This document shows, piece after piece, positions 9,874-17,973 of a DNA stretch of 46,974 nucleotides. The stretch comes from Candidatus Velthaea sp. Its GTDB lineage: Bacteria; Vulcanimicrobiota; Vulcanimicrobiia; Vulcanimicrobiales; Vulcanimicrobiaceae. The notes beneath the pieces were generated by a model. The model had not been told where the DNA came from. It worked only from the letters and a program-made list of their open reading frames with translations, and searched no databases. Each line of letters begins with the position of its first letter. Positions within the stretch are counted from its first letter, which is position 1. The stretch is taken from the NCBI GenBank assembly GCA_050012475.1, contig JBEKHC010000033.1, positions 1-46,974 of the forward strand, in the 5' to 3' direction. Both the position numbers and the translations under genes were made by a program.

Positions 9874-10935
9874 ATGATGAATGCACTCCTTCGCGCGCTG
9901 ACGGCCGCAACGTTCACGCTGTCTGCCGCGCTTTCCATCCTGCCGGCGGCAAGTGCCGCGCCGCTTGCTCGAACGAACATCCTGCTCCCCAGTGCGATCT
10001 CCGTCGATCCCGCGGCCGGGATCGTAACGCTGCCGCTGCATCGCGGTACCGCACACGGGGCGACGGTCTGGTATATCGTTACTGATTCATCCGACAAGGC
10101 CGATGCGCAGCGGCGCGGAGCCGTTTTCGCCCCGTTGCTCGCCGGCGTCGGCAGCGGCTGCGGCAACTGCGTCGGCACGGCCACGGAGTCAGGAGGTGCG
10201 ATCGCCTATCCCGGTGCTCCGGCCTTCGGACCCAAGCGCTCGTACGTTGCGAGCGCGACTGGATTCCCGCCCACGTCGGCAATGCCGGGAGCCACCGCCG
10301 GCAGCGGATATACGCCGTTCTTGAAGATCGGTTCGGCGATCGTCAATGCGCCGATCGTCGCGACCGGCAACGGACCGTTCGACGTCCGGACGCACGCCGA
10401 TACCGAAGACCGGGTCGTCGCGATCGACACCGTCAAGAAAACCGTGACGCTGGCCCTGGTCAAGGGCTTTTTTGACGGGAAACGCGTCGTTTACCTGAGT
10501 ACCGAAGCGTCGGATCCCGGCGCCGCGACGGTCGAACGCGCGACGTACGTTCCGGCACTCAAAGCGCGAGCCGGCATCGTGCCGATCGACGTCGTCGCGA
10601 ACGGTTCGCGTCAAGGTTTGGCGTTCGTCGCGCTGCACGGAAATCTGAGCCTGCCGGCGACGGCCGCGAATGTCGCCCGGTTGGGCTCCGCGCTCAACGT
10701 GCTTTCGACGTTCCCGGCCGGTCCGACGGCCGCGGCCTACTCGCCGCTGTGGAACGTGCAAGTGGTGGTGTGGAAGAGCAGCGCGCTCGCCGCCCATCGC
10801 GATCGCGTCCTTACCAGCCTAGCCGAGGTCGGCAGCGTTGCGAGCGAAACGAGCGGACCCGGCGGGAAACCGATCGGCCCGGTGGGCTTCGTGGTGAATT
10901 GTCCGGTGATCGCCGTCATCGATGGGGCGCGGTAA
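9874..10935 (+). CDS. Secreted hypothetical protein
   Basis: Sec-type signal peptide ending ASA; VWYIVTDSSD, YLSTEASD, YSPLW and VVNCP motifs; long ORF with typical codon usage. Confidence 0.75.
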   Translation: MMNALLRALTAATFTLSAALSILPAASAAPLARTNILLPSAISVDPAAGIVTLPLHRGTAHGATVWYIVTDSSDKADAQRRGAVFAPLLAGVGSGCGNCVGTATESGGAIAYPGAPAFGPKRSYVASATGFPPTSAMPGATAGSGYTPFLKIGSAIVNAPIVATGNGPFDVRTHADTEDRVVAIDTVKKTVTLALVKGFFDGKRVVYLSTEASDPGAATVERATYVPALKARAGIVPIDVVANGSRQGLAFVALHGNLSLPATAANVARLGSALNVLSTFPAGPTAAAYSPLWNVQVVVWKSSALAAHRDRVLTSLAEVGSVASETSGPGGKPIGPVGFVVNCPVIAVIDGAR

Positions 10936-10936
10936 C

Positions 10937-11656
10937 TCAGTTCATGGGCGGCCGGCGCACGACGATCGAACGGCCGTCGAGCCGGATCCGCCCGTCGAGC
11001 GCGAGCTGCGCGAGCTGGACCGAGATCGTCTCGCGCGTGCTGCCGATCAGCGAGGCCAAATCGGCGTGAGTCAAGCGGATGTCGAGCAGAACGCCGTCGC
11101 TCACGGGCTTCCCGTATTCGTGCGCGAGCCGGTCGAACAGCCGCACCAGGCGCTCGGGAACCTTCAAGTAGGCCAGGTCCTCGGCGACCGCCAGCGCGTT
11201 ATCGCGCTGCTCGTGAAGGTACTTGGCCACGTTGACGGCCAGCTGCGGAAAGCGCGTGAGCAGGCCGTACACGTGCTCGGCGCGCGCCATGCACAGCAGC
11301 GATTCGGTCATGCAGATCGCCAACGTCGTCCGTTCGACCTTCGAAAAGACGACTTCCTCACCGAAGATACAGCCCGCCCCGAGGATAGCGATCAGGATGT
11401 CTTTGTCGTCGGAGGTGCGGCGCACGATGCGCACCGTTCCGCGCTTCACCAAATACACGAAGTGGGCTGCGTCACCGGGTTGAAAAAGCGTGTAGCCTTT
11501 CGTGCAGACGTGCTGGACGAAAAGATGTTCGCAGAATGCGATGGTTTCATCGCTCGCGCGCTCGAAGAGGCGCGAATGTTTCAGATACCACACTTTATTT
11601 TCCGGCGTTGCCAGGCCGGTTGCGGTGCCGCTCGATGATTGGGGTGGCGTTTGCAT
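10937..11656 (-). CDS. Crp/Fnr-family transcriptional regulator
   Basis: cNMP-binding domain (LFQPGD..VYLVKRG.V, IFGE) and HTH LTHADLASLIGSTRETIS. Confidence 0.92.
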   Translation of the reverse strand: MQTPPQSSSGTATGLATPENKVWYLKHSRLFERASDETIAFCEHLFVQHVCTKGYTLFQPGDAAHFVYLVKRGTVRIVRRTSDDKDILIAILGAGCIFGEEVVFSKVERTTLAICMTESLLCMARAEHVYGLLTRFPQLAVNVAKYLHEQRDNALAVAEDLAYLKVPERLVRLFDRLAHEYGKPVSDGVLLDIRLTHADLASLIGSTRETISVQLAQLALDGRIRLDGRSIVVRRPPMN

Positions 11657-12420
11657 TGCACGAAACCTTCGGGATTGCGCCCGGAATCGAAGCGCTGGTG
11701 TTCGAGCGCGTCGTGCATGAATTCGCGGCGCAGCGCCGGCTCGGCTTCGATGCAGCGGCGGTCGAGCGAATGGCACGTGCCGACGGCGCCTCTTTCGGCA
11801 GTCCGGTTGCGCTGAGCGAGGCATTTGCCGCCGCGTTTGCACCCTCCCTGTTGAGCGCTGAGGATGTCTGTTGGCTCGAGGCGCTCTTCCGGATGTCGGC
11901 CGCGAGCGCCGTCGCAGAACGTTTCGTTCCGTTCGAAGACGTCACGCCGGCATTGCGCGGCCTGGCCGAACTGCGGGTTCCGCGCATCGCGCTGGGCGGC
12001 GGCTGGGCACCCATCGACCAGCGCAAGGCCGATCTCGCCGGTTTCGACGGATCGATCATCTTCGCAGAAGATCTGGGCGTTGCGGCGAGCTCACCGGCTG
12101 CCTTTGCCCGCGTCGCCGAGGTCTTGCTGCTTCCGGCGGATCGGATTTGGTTCGTTGCCAGCAATGCGCAGAGCGAAATCGTGCCGGCCGCGGCGGCCGG
12201 CTTGCGCACCATTTGGGTGAATCGTGGAGCGTCGGTTTTTCCGCCGGGGCTTGTTCAGCCGGACGCGACGATCGCCTCGCTGCTCGAGCTGTTCGATGTG
12301 CTGCGCGAACCGTATACGCGCGGTTTGCTGGCGTTGCGCCATATCTTGCGCAGTGCGCTGGAATGGCGGCCGGGGCATTTCATCCCGGCCGACGACGATC
12401 CGGCGACCGGCGAGCGCTAA
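11635..12420 (+). CDS. HAD-fold protein with degenerate catalytic motifs
   Basis: PFEDV..AL..L, A..AGLRTIWVNR and PDATIASL are HAD signatures; motif I reads AFALHET instead of FDxDxT. Confidence 0.65.
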   Translation: MIGVAFALHETFGIAPGIEALVFERVVHEFAAQRRLGFDAAAVERMARADGASFGSPVALSEAFAAAFAPSLLSAEDVCWLEALFRMSAASAVAERFVPFEDVTPALRGLAELRVPRIALGGGWAPIDQRKADLAGFDGSIIFAEDLGVAASSPAAFARVAEVLLLPADRIWFVASNAQSEIVPAAAAGLRTIWVNRGASVFPPGLVQPDATIASLLELFDVLREPYTRGLLALRHILRSALEWRPGHFIPADDDPATGER

Positions 12421-12429
12421 CGGAAAGCG

Positions 12430-13233
12430 ATGACGGTGCTGCGCGCGCACTGGCCGCACTATCTCATCGAAGCGTGGGGTTTGGGGACGATCGTCTTCGC
12501 CGCCGGCGCGGTCGCGGTCGGTTTGGCCTACCTGCCGGCAGCGATGGAAGCCATGCTTGCCACCCATCCGCTGCTGCGCCGGACCGTTGCGGGAACGCTC
12601 GCCGGTTTGACGGCGATGGCCGTCGTCTATTCCCCCTGGGGTGCGCGGTCGGGCGCGCACTGCAATCCGGCGCTGACGATCACCTACATGTGGCTGGGCA
12701 AAGTCGCGCCGCATGACGCCATCGGCTACGTCATCGCGCAATTTGCCGGCGCGGCGGCCGGCCTAGCGCTGCTGACCGCACTGGCGCGGACGGCACTCAC
12801 CGGTCCGCCGGTCAACGGCATCGTCACGTTGCCCGGTCCGCGCGGCCCGGTCGTCGCCTTCGCCGCCGAAGCGGTACTCGCATTCGTGCTGATGACCGTG
12901 GTATTGAACGTCTCGAACGCCCGCCAGCCCTATCCGCGCTTTACCGGCCTGGCGGCGGCCGTCTGCATCGCCACCTTCGTCACGCTTGCGGCGCCGTTGT
13001 CGGGAGTCAGCCTCAATCCCGCCCGAACGACCGCGTCGGCGCTCGTCGCGCATCGCTGGGAGTTCGTTTGGATCTATTACACCGCGCCGCTGGCAGGCAT
13101 GTTGTCCGCCGCGGCGCTCTTCGTTCGTCTGCACGGAGCCGCAGCGGTCCGCTGCGCCCGGCTCAATCATACCGGTCCGTTTCCGTGCATCTTTCACTGC
13201 GGTTACCGCTCGCCGGCGCCGCAAGCACCGTAG
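12430..13233 (+). CDS. MIP/aquaporin-family channel with Cys/His-rich C-terminal tail
   Basis: Two NPA boxes (SGAHCNPALT, SLNPART); about six TM helices. Confidence 0.92.
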   Translation: MTVLRAHWPHYLIEAWGLGTIVFAAGAVAVGLAYLPAAMEAMLATHPLLRRTVAGTLAGLTAMAVVYSPWGARSGAHCNPALTITYMWLGKVAPHDAIGYVIAQFAGAAAGLALLTALARTALTGPPVNGIVTLPGPRGPVVAFAAEAVLAFVLMTVVLNVSNARQPYPRFTGLAAAVCIATFVTLAAPLSGVSLNPARTTASALVAHRWEFVWIYYTAPLAGMLSAAALFVRLHGAAAVRCARLNHTGPFPCIFHCGYRSPAPQAP

Positions 13234-13257
13234 CGGGGTTGCGCGCACCGCAACCCG

Positions 13258-14520
13258 CTATCCCAGGATGATCGGCAACACGACGCTGGTGCCGATGAAA
13301 AAGAGCCAGACGGCCGGCGCCGATGTCCCGGCCGGGCGGCGACGCCGCTCCCAGCGGCGATGCAAGCGTTCGTCGACGAAGAGCTCTTGCAAATGGCGCC
13401 GTTCGAGCGCGCGAAACGCGAGCGCCAGCGCGATGCCGTACATCAGGTGTCCGAGCAGCGAGGGAAGCTGCGCGCTTGCCGCTGCGGTAGTCCAAGTAAA
13501 CGTTCCGCCGAGCAGAATCGGGAAGAGCGTCAGCGGGCCGAGAAACCACCAGCACAGACCGTAAAGCGAACCCCAAGCAACGGCGGCACGGCCATCGGTC
13601 GCTTCGTGATGAAAGAGCAGCCCGTAGGTCGCCCCGATGAGCGCGCCGATGATGAGATGCACGGCGAATCCAAGCACCGGTGATGTTCCGCCGACGAGCC
13701 GAGCGACGCGCGGGAGCGTTCCCGTCGCCAGCATCACTAGGCTGAACAGCAACCCGCCGAGCAGACTCGCCGCCGCGCCGCGCAGGAGCGCCGACAGCGC
13801 CGACACGCCCGATCCTTCGATCTCCCGATTGAGCGGGTCGGAGCGCTCGAAGAGCCATGTCCATGCTCCGTCGACGGCAGCATAGAACAGGCCGACGATG
13901 AGGCCGTAGACGATGTGACCGACGAGCGAACCGAACAGCACCGCCGCGTGCGCATACGTCCAGTCCGGCCGATGACCCGTCAGGAGCGGCAGCAGCGTGA
14001 GGGCTCCGACGAACCACCAGACGATGCCGTAGGCGGCACCCCAGGCAAGACTCGAGCCCAAGCCGCGAATCTCGCGCTGAAAGAGCAGGCCGAACGTTGC
14101 GCCGATGATCCCGGCGATGAGGAAATGCAATGTCGCGCCCACCATCGCGGAGTCCGACCGGATGAGTCCGGCGACGAGCGGAAAGAAGCCGGCCTGCTCC
14201 ATCCATTTGCCGAACGCCCAGCCGCCGGCGAGGCCAGCGAATCCGCCCGCGCAAAGAGCGCGCGCGAGGCTGAACCGTCCGGCCGCGGGGCCGCCGATCC
14301 GACCGACCGCGCCCGCGGTAAGTCCGAGCGGGGCAGCAGCCACGACGAGGGCGACCAGCAGCGGGAAACGCTCCCGGATGACGTCCATCATCGCGGATGG
14401 ATCGCTTTGGGCGCGCAACGCGACGATCGTGAAGCCGCTCGCGGCGATCCAGATCAGAAAGGCGCCGGCAGCGGCCCACATCAGGCCGGCACCGCTCCCC
14501 GGGAGTCCACGCACTTTCAC
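13258..14520 (-). CDS. Polytopic membrane protein with internal His-containing repeats
   Basis: GTG at 14520 overlaps the upstream TGA; two repeats of H..I...IGAT(F/Y)GLLF...YG..WWF.G.LTL.P...W...SL.GH..YG. Confidence 0.75.
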   Translation of the reverse strand: MKVRGLPGSGAGLMWAAAGAFLIWIAASGFTIVALRAQSDPSAMMDVIRERFPLLVALVVAAAPLGLTAGAVGRIGGPAAGRFSLARALCAGGFAGLAGGWAFGKWMEQAGFFPLVAGLIRSDSAMVGATLHFLIAGIIGATFGLLFQREIRGLGSSLAWGAAYGIVWWFVGALTLLPLLTGHRPDWTYAHAAVLFGSLVGHIVYGLIVGLFYAAVDGAWTWLFERSDPLNREIEGSGVSALSALLRGAAASLLGGLLFSLVMLATGTLPRVARLVGGTSPVLGFAVHLIIGALIGATYGLLFHHEATDGRAAVAWGSLYGLCWWFLGPLTLFPILLGGTFTWTTAAASAQLPSLLGHLMYGIALALAFRALERRHLQELFVDERLHRRWERRRRPAGTSAPAVWLFFIGTSVVLPIILG

Positions 14521-16202
14521 GCGACGTCGATCGTTTGCACGGTGTCGCGCGGGAACAGCAATTCGGTGACCCAATCAACGAGGACACGTGCTTTGCGATC
14601 GAAGCCCGGCAATTTGCTCAGGTAAATCGCGCGCCAAAGCAGCCACGCAAACACGCCGGAGAACAGCAGTTTGCGTCCGCCGAACGGAACACGAATCTCG
14701 GCGCACGCGAGCTGGTGTCCGATGACGCACAACGAGCCCAGCGACTCGAACGCGAAGCGCTCGAGCGGCTCGCCGCGCAGCGTCGCGCGGATGTTGCTTG
14801 CGAGGCAAGCCGCTTGACGCAGCGCGTGCTGTGCCGTCGGCGGATACGTGCCGTTTCGGCCGTTCGGTACCGCAGCGCAGTCGCCCAAAGCCCAGACGTT
14901 CGTGCGTTCGGCGACGGCCAGGTTCGCGTTGACGAAGGCGGCGCCGCGTCCGTCGCGAGGGACATCGAGCGTCGTCAGGAGCGGATTCGGTGCCGTGCCC
15001 GCCGTCCAAATGAGCGTATAGCTCGCAATCGTCTCCGCGCAGGCCCGGCTCATTGAGGCGAGGCTCACTGAAGTGGATGACGCATCGGTGACGCGCGTCT
15101 CGAGGACGAAGCGCACGCCGCGTTCGGTCATGCGCGACTGCGCGTATTTCGCCAACGTCGGACTCAATTCGGGCAAGATGCGCTCGCGGGCGTGGACGAG
15201 CACGACGCTGACGTCGCTCGCGCTCAGGCTGCCATAGTCGGCGACGACACCCCTTGCAAAGTCGTTGAGCGCGCCGGCCAATTCGACGCCGGCAAACCCG
15301 CCGCCGGCGATGACGAACGTCAGCAGGGCACGGCGAAGCGCTGTGTCGGGTTCGAGATCGGCGCGTTCGATCAGCGCGATGATCCAATTGCGGATGCGAA
15401 TCGCGTCGGTGAGCGATTTGAAATCGAGCGCGACGCGCGCGATCCGCTCCTCGCCGAAGAAATTGGAGACGGCGCCGAGTGCCAGCACGAGATGATCGTA
15501 CGATATTTGACGGCATAGTCCGGTGCCGTCCCGCGATTCGATGTCGATCATTCGAGCATCCAGGTCGATCCGGTTGACGGTTGCGCGGACAACTTTCGTT
15601 CGGCGTAGGCTCGTGCGTAACGGACTGCTGATGTGCGTGGGCTCGATGCTGCCGCCGGCAACTTCGGCCAACATCGGCGTGAAGAGCAGCGCATTGGTAT
15701 CGCTCACCAACGTTATTTCAACCGAGCGATCCGCGCCCAGTGCACGCTCGAGTTTTGCTGCGGTCGTCATGCCTGCGAAGCCGCCGCCGAGAATCACGAT
15801 GCGCGCCGGGGCGCGATTGGCCGCCGCGTTCGGCGAGCCGGCGGCGAGCGGGGCAAATTTGCGAACGGCATGCAGCATCAAACCGAGCGCGCAGCCGAAG
15901 CCGATCCATCCGATCAACGATGGAAAGAGGGCGCGCATGCCCACGTTCGTCCACGCCGGCGGTTGCCCGCCGGCCAACGGGACGACGATTACTTCGAGCA
16001 TCGCCCACAGCGGGATCGCGAGCGCTGCGGCGCTTACGACTTCTTCGAGCATCGCGCTCGAAGACGGCGCGGCCGCGGCATACGCGGCACCGGCCGCTCC
16101 GCCGGCGAGCAGCACCCACCATGCAAACGGATGCGCAAAGATCCATACCACCGCCGCGCACGCGATTCCGCAGGCAAAACCGATTGCGATCGTCGTGCGC
16201 AT
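14517..16202 (-). CDS. Type II NADH dehydrogenase-like FAD oxidoreductase with an N-terminal membrane domain
   Basis: GGGFAG FAD motif, LFTPML.EVA, YDHLVLALG, second GGGFAGVE motif, WTAG, GDCA, PPTAQHA; about 125 aa hydrophobic N-terminal extension. Confidence 0.88.
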   Translation of the reverse strand: MRTTIAIGFACGIACAAVVWIFAHPFAWWVLLAGGAAGAAYAAAAPSSSAMLEEVVSAAALAIPLWAMLEVIVVPLAGGQPPAWTNVGMRALFPSLIGWIGFGCALGLMLHAVRKFAPLAAGSPNAAANRAPARIVILGGGFAGMTTAAKLERALGADRSVEITLVSDTNALLFTPMLAEVAGGSIEPTHISSPLRTSLRRTKVVRATVNRIDLDARMIDIESRDGTGLCRQISYDHLVLALGAVSNFFGEERIARVALDFKSLTDAIRIRNWIIALIERADLEPDTALRRALLTFVIAGGGFAGVELAGALNDFARGVVADYGSLSASDVSVVLVHARERILPELSPTLAKYAQSRMTERGVRFVLETRVTDASSTSVSLASMSRACAETIASYTLIWTAGTAPNPLLTTLDVPRDGRGAAFVNANLAVAERTNVWALGDCAAVPNGRNGTYPPTAQHALRQAACLASNIRATLRGEPLERFAFESLGSLCVIGHQLACAEIRVPFGGRKLLFSGVFAWLLWRAIYLSKLPGFDRKARVLVDWVTELLFPRDTVQTIDVA

Positions 16203-16208
16203 GCCGCC

Positions 16209-16252
16209 ATTATGGACTGCTCGGGTTCGCCCGCGTGTATTGGGGCTTACAC
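16209..16252 (-). promoter_or_regulatory. CRP/NtcA-type palindromic site with a class II-like promoter for the ndh-like operon
   Basis: Perfect GTGTA-N8-TACAC at 16235-16252; 22 nt from the TAC to a CATAAT -10 hexamer; 6 nt from the hexamer to the ATG. Confidence 0.6.
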
Positions 16253-16306
16253 CGCATCGATTTTCGTTCGCGCTACGGAGAGATCATCGGTGTCGCCTGC
16301 GACCGG

Positions 16307-17071
16307 CTAGTCTGCGACGATGACTTCGACGCCGGCTTCCTGCAGTTGACGGCGGAGCTCAGGCGGCGGCAGCGCGTCGGTCACCAATCGATTGATTTGT
16401 CCCAGCGCGCAAACCTGAGTGAGAACGACGCGCTCGAATTTGGTTTGATCGACGAGCAAGAATCGTTCCTTGGCTTGCGCGAGCATGCATTTCTTGACCA
16501 GCGCTTCCTCGATGTTGAAATCGGTCACGCCTTCGCGGGCCGCGACTCCGGCGGCGCCCAAGAACAGCTGGTCCACGAAAAACTCGGTGTAGACGCGCTC
16601 CGCCAGATGCCCCACCACCGATAACTCCCCGTAGCGCAGCAGTCCGCCGGTCACCAAGACGCGGTGCGACGGCTCCTCCGCAAGTTCGACCGCCGCGCGC
16701 AGATTGTTGGTCACGACGGTCAAGTGCCGGTGTGCCTTGAGCTCGAAGGCGAGCTGCAAGGCAGTCGAGCCGACGTCGAGGGCGATGCTGGCGCCTTCCG
16801 AGACGAACGACGCCGCTTTGCGCGCAATTGCGCGTTTTCCATCGATATTGCTTACGGATCGTGTCGGATACGGCGATTCATAGCCGCGGCCGCGCAGGCT
16901 CACCGCTCCCCCGTGGACGCGCCGCAGCAGCCCCTCCCCCTCGAGGACCTCCAGGTCGCGGCGGACCGTCGAGAGCGTGACGCCGAAGGATTCGCTCAGT
17001 TCGAAGGTGCGGACAAGGCCGTGACGCTCGACCAAGGCGACGATTTCTTTCAGGCGTTCCGTACCGATCAT
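16307..17071 (-). CDS. DeoR/GlpR-family transcriptional regulator
   Basis: GVTLSTVRRDL..L...G...RVHGGA HTH; LDVGST and VVTNN sensor motifs. Confidence 0.95.
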   Translation of the reverse strand: MIGTERLKEIVALVERHGLVRTFELSESFGVTLSTVRRDLEVLEGEGLLRRVHGGAVSLRGRGYESPYPTRSVSNIDGKRAIARKAASFVSEGASIALDVGSTALQLAFELKAHRHLTVVTNNLRAAVELAEEPSHRVLVTGGLLRYGELSVVGHLAERVYTEFFVDQLFLGAAGVAAREGVTDFNIEEALVKKCMLAQAKERFLLVDQTKFERVVLTQVCALGQINRLVTDALPPPELRRQLQEAGVEVIVAD

Positions 17072-17099
17072 GAAAGGAAGTTTTCCAGTTCAGTTAAAA

Positions 17100-17160
17100 T
17101 TCATGCAGTATGAAGCAAAATCGTGCAAAAAAAGCAGGAAGTTCTGCCCGGATTTGCACG
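17100..17160. promoter_or_regulatory. AT-rich divergent promoter region with inverted repeats (candidate DeoR operator)
   Basis: TTCAT-N5-ATGAA (17100-17114); CGTGCAAA...TTTGCACG (17122-17129 and 17153-17160). Confidence 0.4.
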
Positions 17161-17213
17161 GTCATCGCTTGTCGGGGTACACTTCGCCGCTCGGCGGGAG
17201 CGCTCTTGGCCGA

Positions 17214-17951
17214 ATGATGAACAGAAACCCGCGCCCGCGCTACTTCGGGACAAACCTCAAGATGCACCAGACGGCCGGCGAAACCGCCGAGTTCGTTGCG
17301 CGTCTCGCGCCCATCGCCCGAGGCGACGTGCAACTCTTCGTGATTCCACCCTTCACGTCGTTGGCGTCGACGGCCGGCGTCGCACACGCGGCGAACATCT
17401 GGCTGGGCGCCCAGAATCTCCATTGGGCGCCCTCGGGTGAGTATACGGGGGAGATCTCGGCCCGCATGCTCCGCGCTCTCGAAGTCGACCTGGTCCTCGT
17501 CGGCCACGCCGAGCGCCGCCGGGCTTTCGGCGAGGACGATGCGCTGATCCGGCGCAAGCTCGAGGCCGCCGAGCTGAACGGACTGCGCGCGATTCTGTGC
17601 GTCGGCGAAACCGCCGAAGAACGGCGTTGCGGAGCCGCCGCCGAGACCGTGCTCCGCCAGGCCAGGCTCGCTTTGGACGGCATTGCCGACCGCTCGCGGG
17701 TGATCGTCGCGTACGAGCCGATCTGGGCAATCGGCGCCGGAAGCCAAGCCGCGGACCCCGGCGCGGTAGCCGAAGTGACGGCGGCTCTGCGCGAGCTGCT
17801 GGGACCGACGCCGCTCCTCTATGGCGGCAGCGTCAATGCCGATTCGGCGCAGCGTTACGCGCGGCTACCGGGAATTGATGGATTGTTTGTCGGACGCGCG
17901 GCCTGGACGCCCGACGGGTTCGAACGCGTGCTCAAAGCGGCCGCGACGTAG
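17214..17951 (+). CDS. TIM-family isomerase, probably L-erythrulose-1-phosphate isomerase (LerI/TpiA2-like)
   Basis: NLKM, GHAERR, AYEPIWAIG, LYGGSV and GLFVGRAAW motifs; tetritol locus context. Confidence 0.8.
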   Translation: MMNRNPRPRYFGTNLKMHQTAGETAEFVARLAPIARGDVQLFVIPPFTSLASTAGVAHAANIWLGAQNLHWAPSGEYTGEISARMLRALEVDLVLVGHAERRRAFGEDDALIRRKLEAAELNGLRAILCVGETAEERRCGAAAETVLRQARLALDGIADRSRVIVAYEPIWAIGAGSQAADPGAVAEVTAALRELLGPTPLLYGGSVNADSAQRYARLPGIDGLFVGRAAWTPDGFERVLKAAAT

Positions 17952-17973
17952 CGGCGGATCAAAGGAGTACAAC

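Noticed and set aside
13163..14587. 474-aa Arg-rich ORF and many other long alternative-frame or antisense ORFs (e.g. 24691-25995, 2708-3817)
   Set aside because: Shadow ORFs of GC-rich coding sequence; no motifs; they overlap well-supported genes
17214..17951. Calling this the housekeeping tpiA
   Set aside because: Divergent motifs (GTNLKM, GRAAW) and polyol-locus context favour a tetrulose-phosphate isomerase
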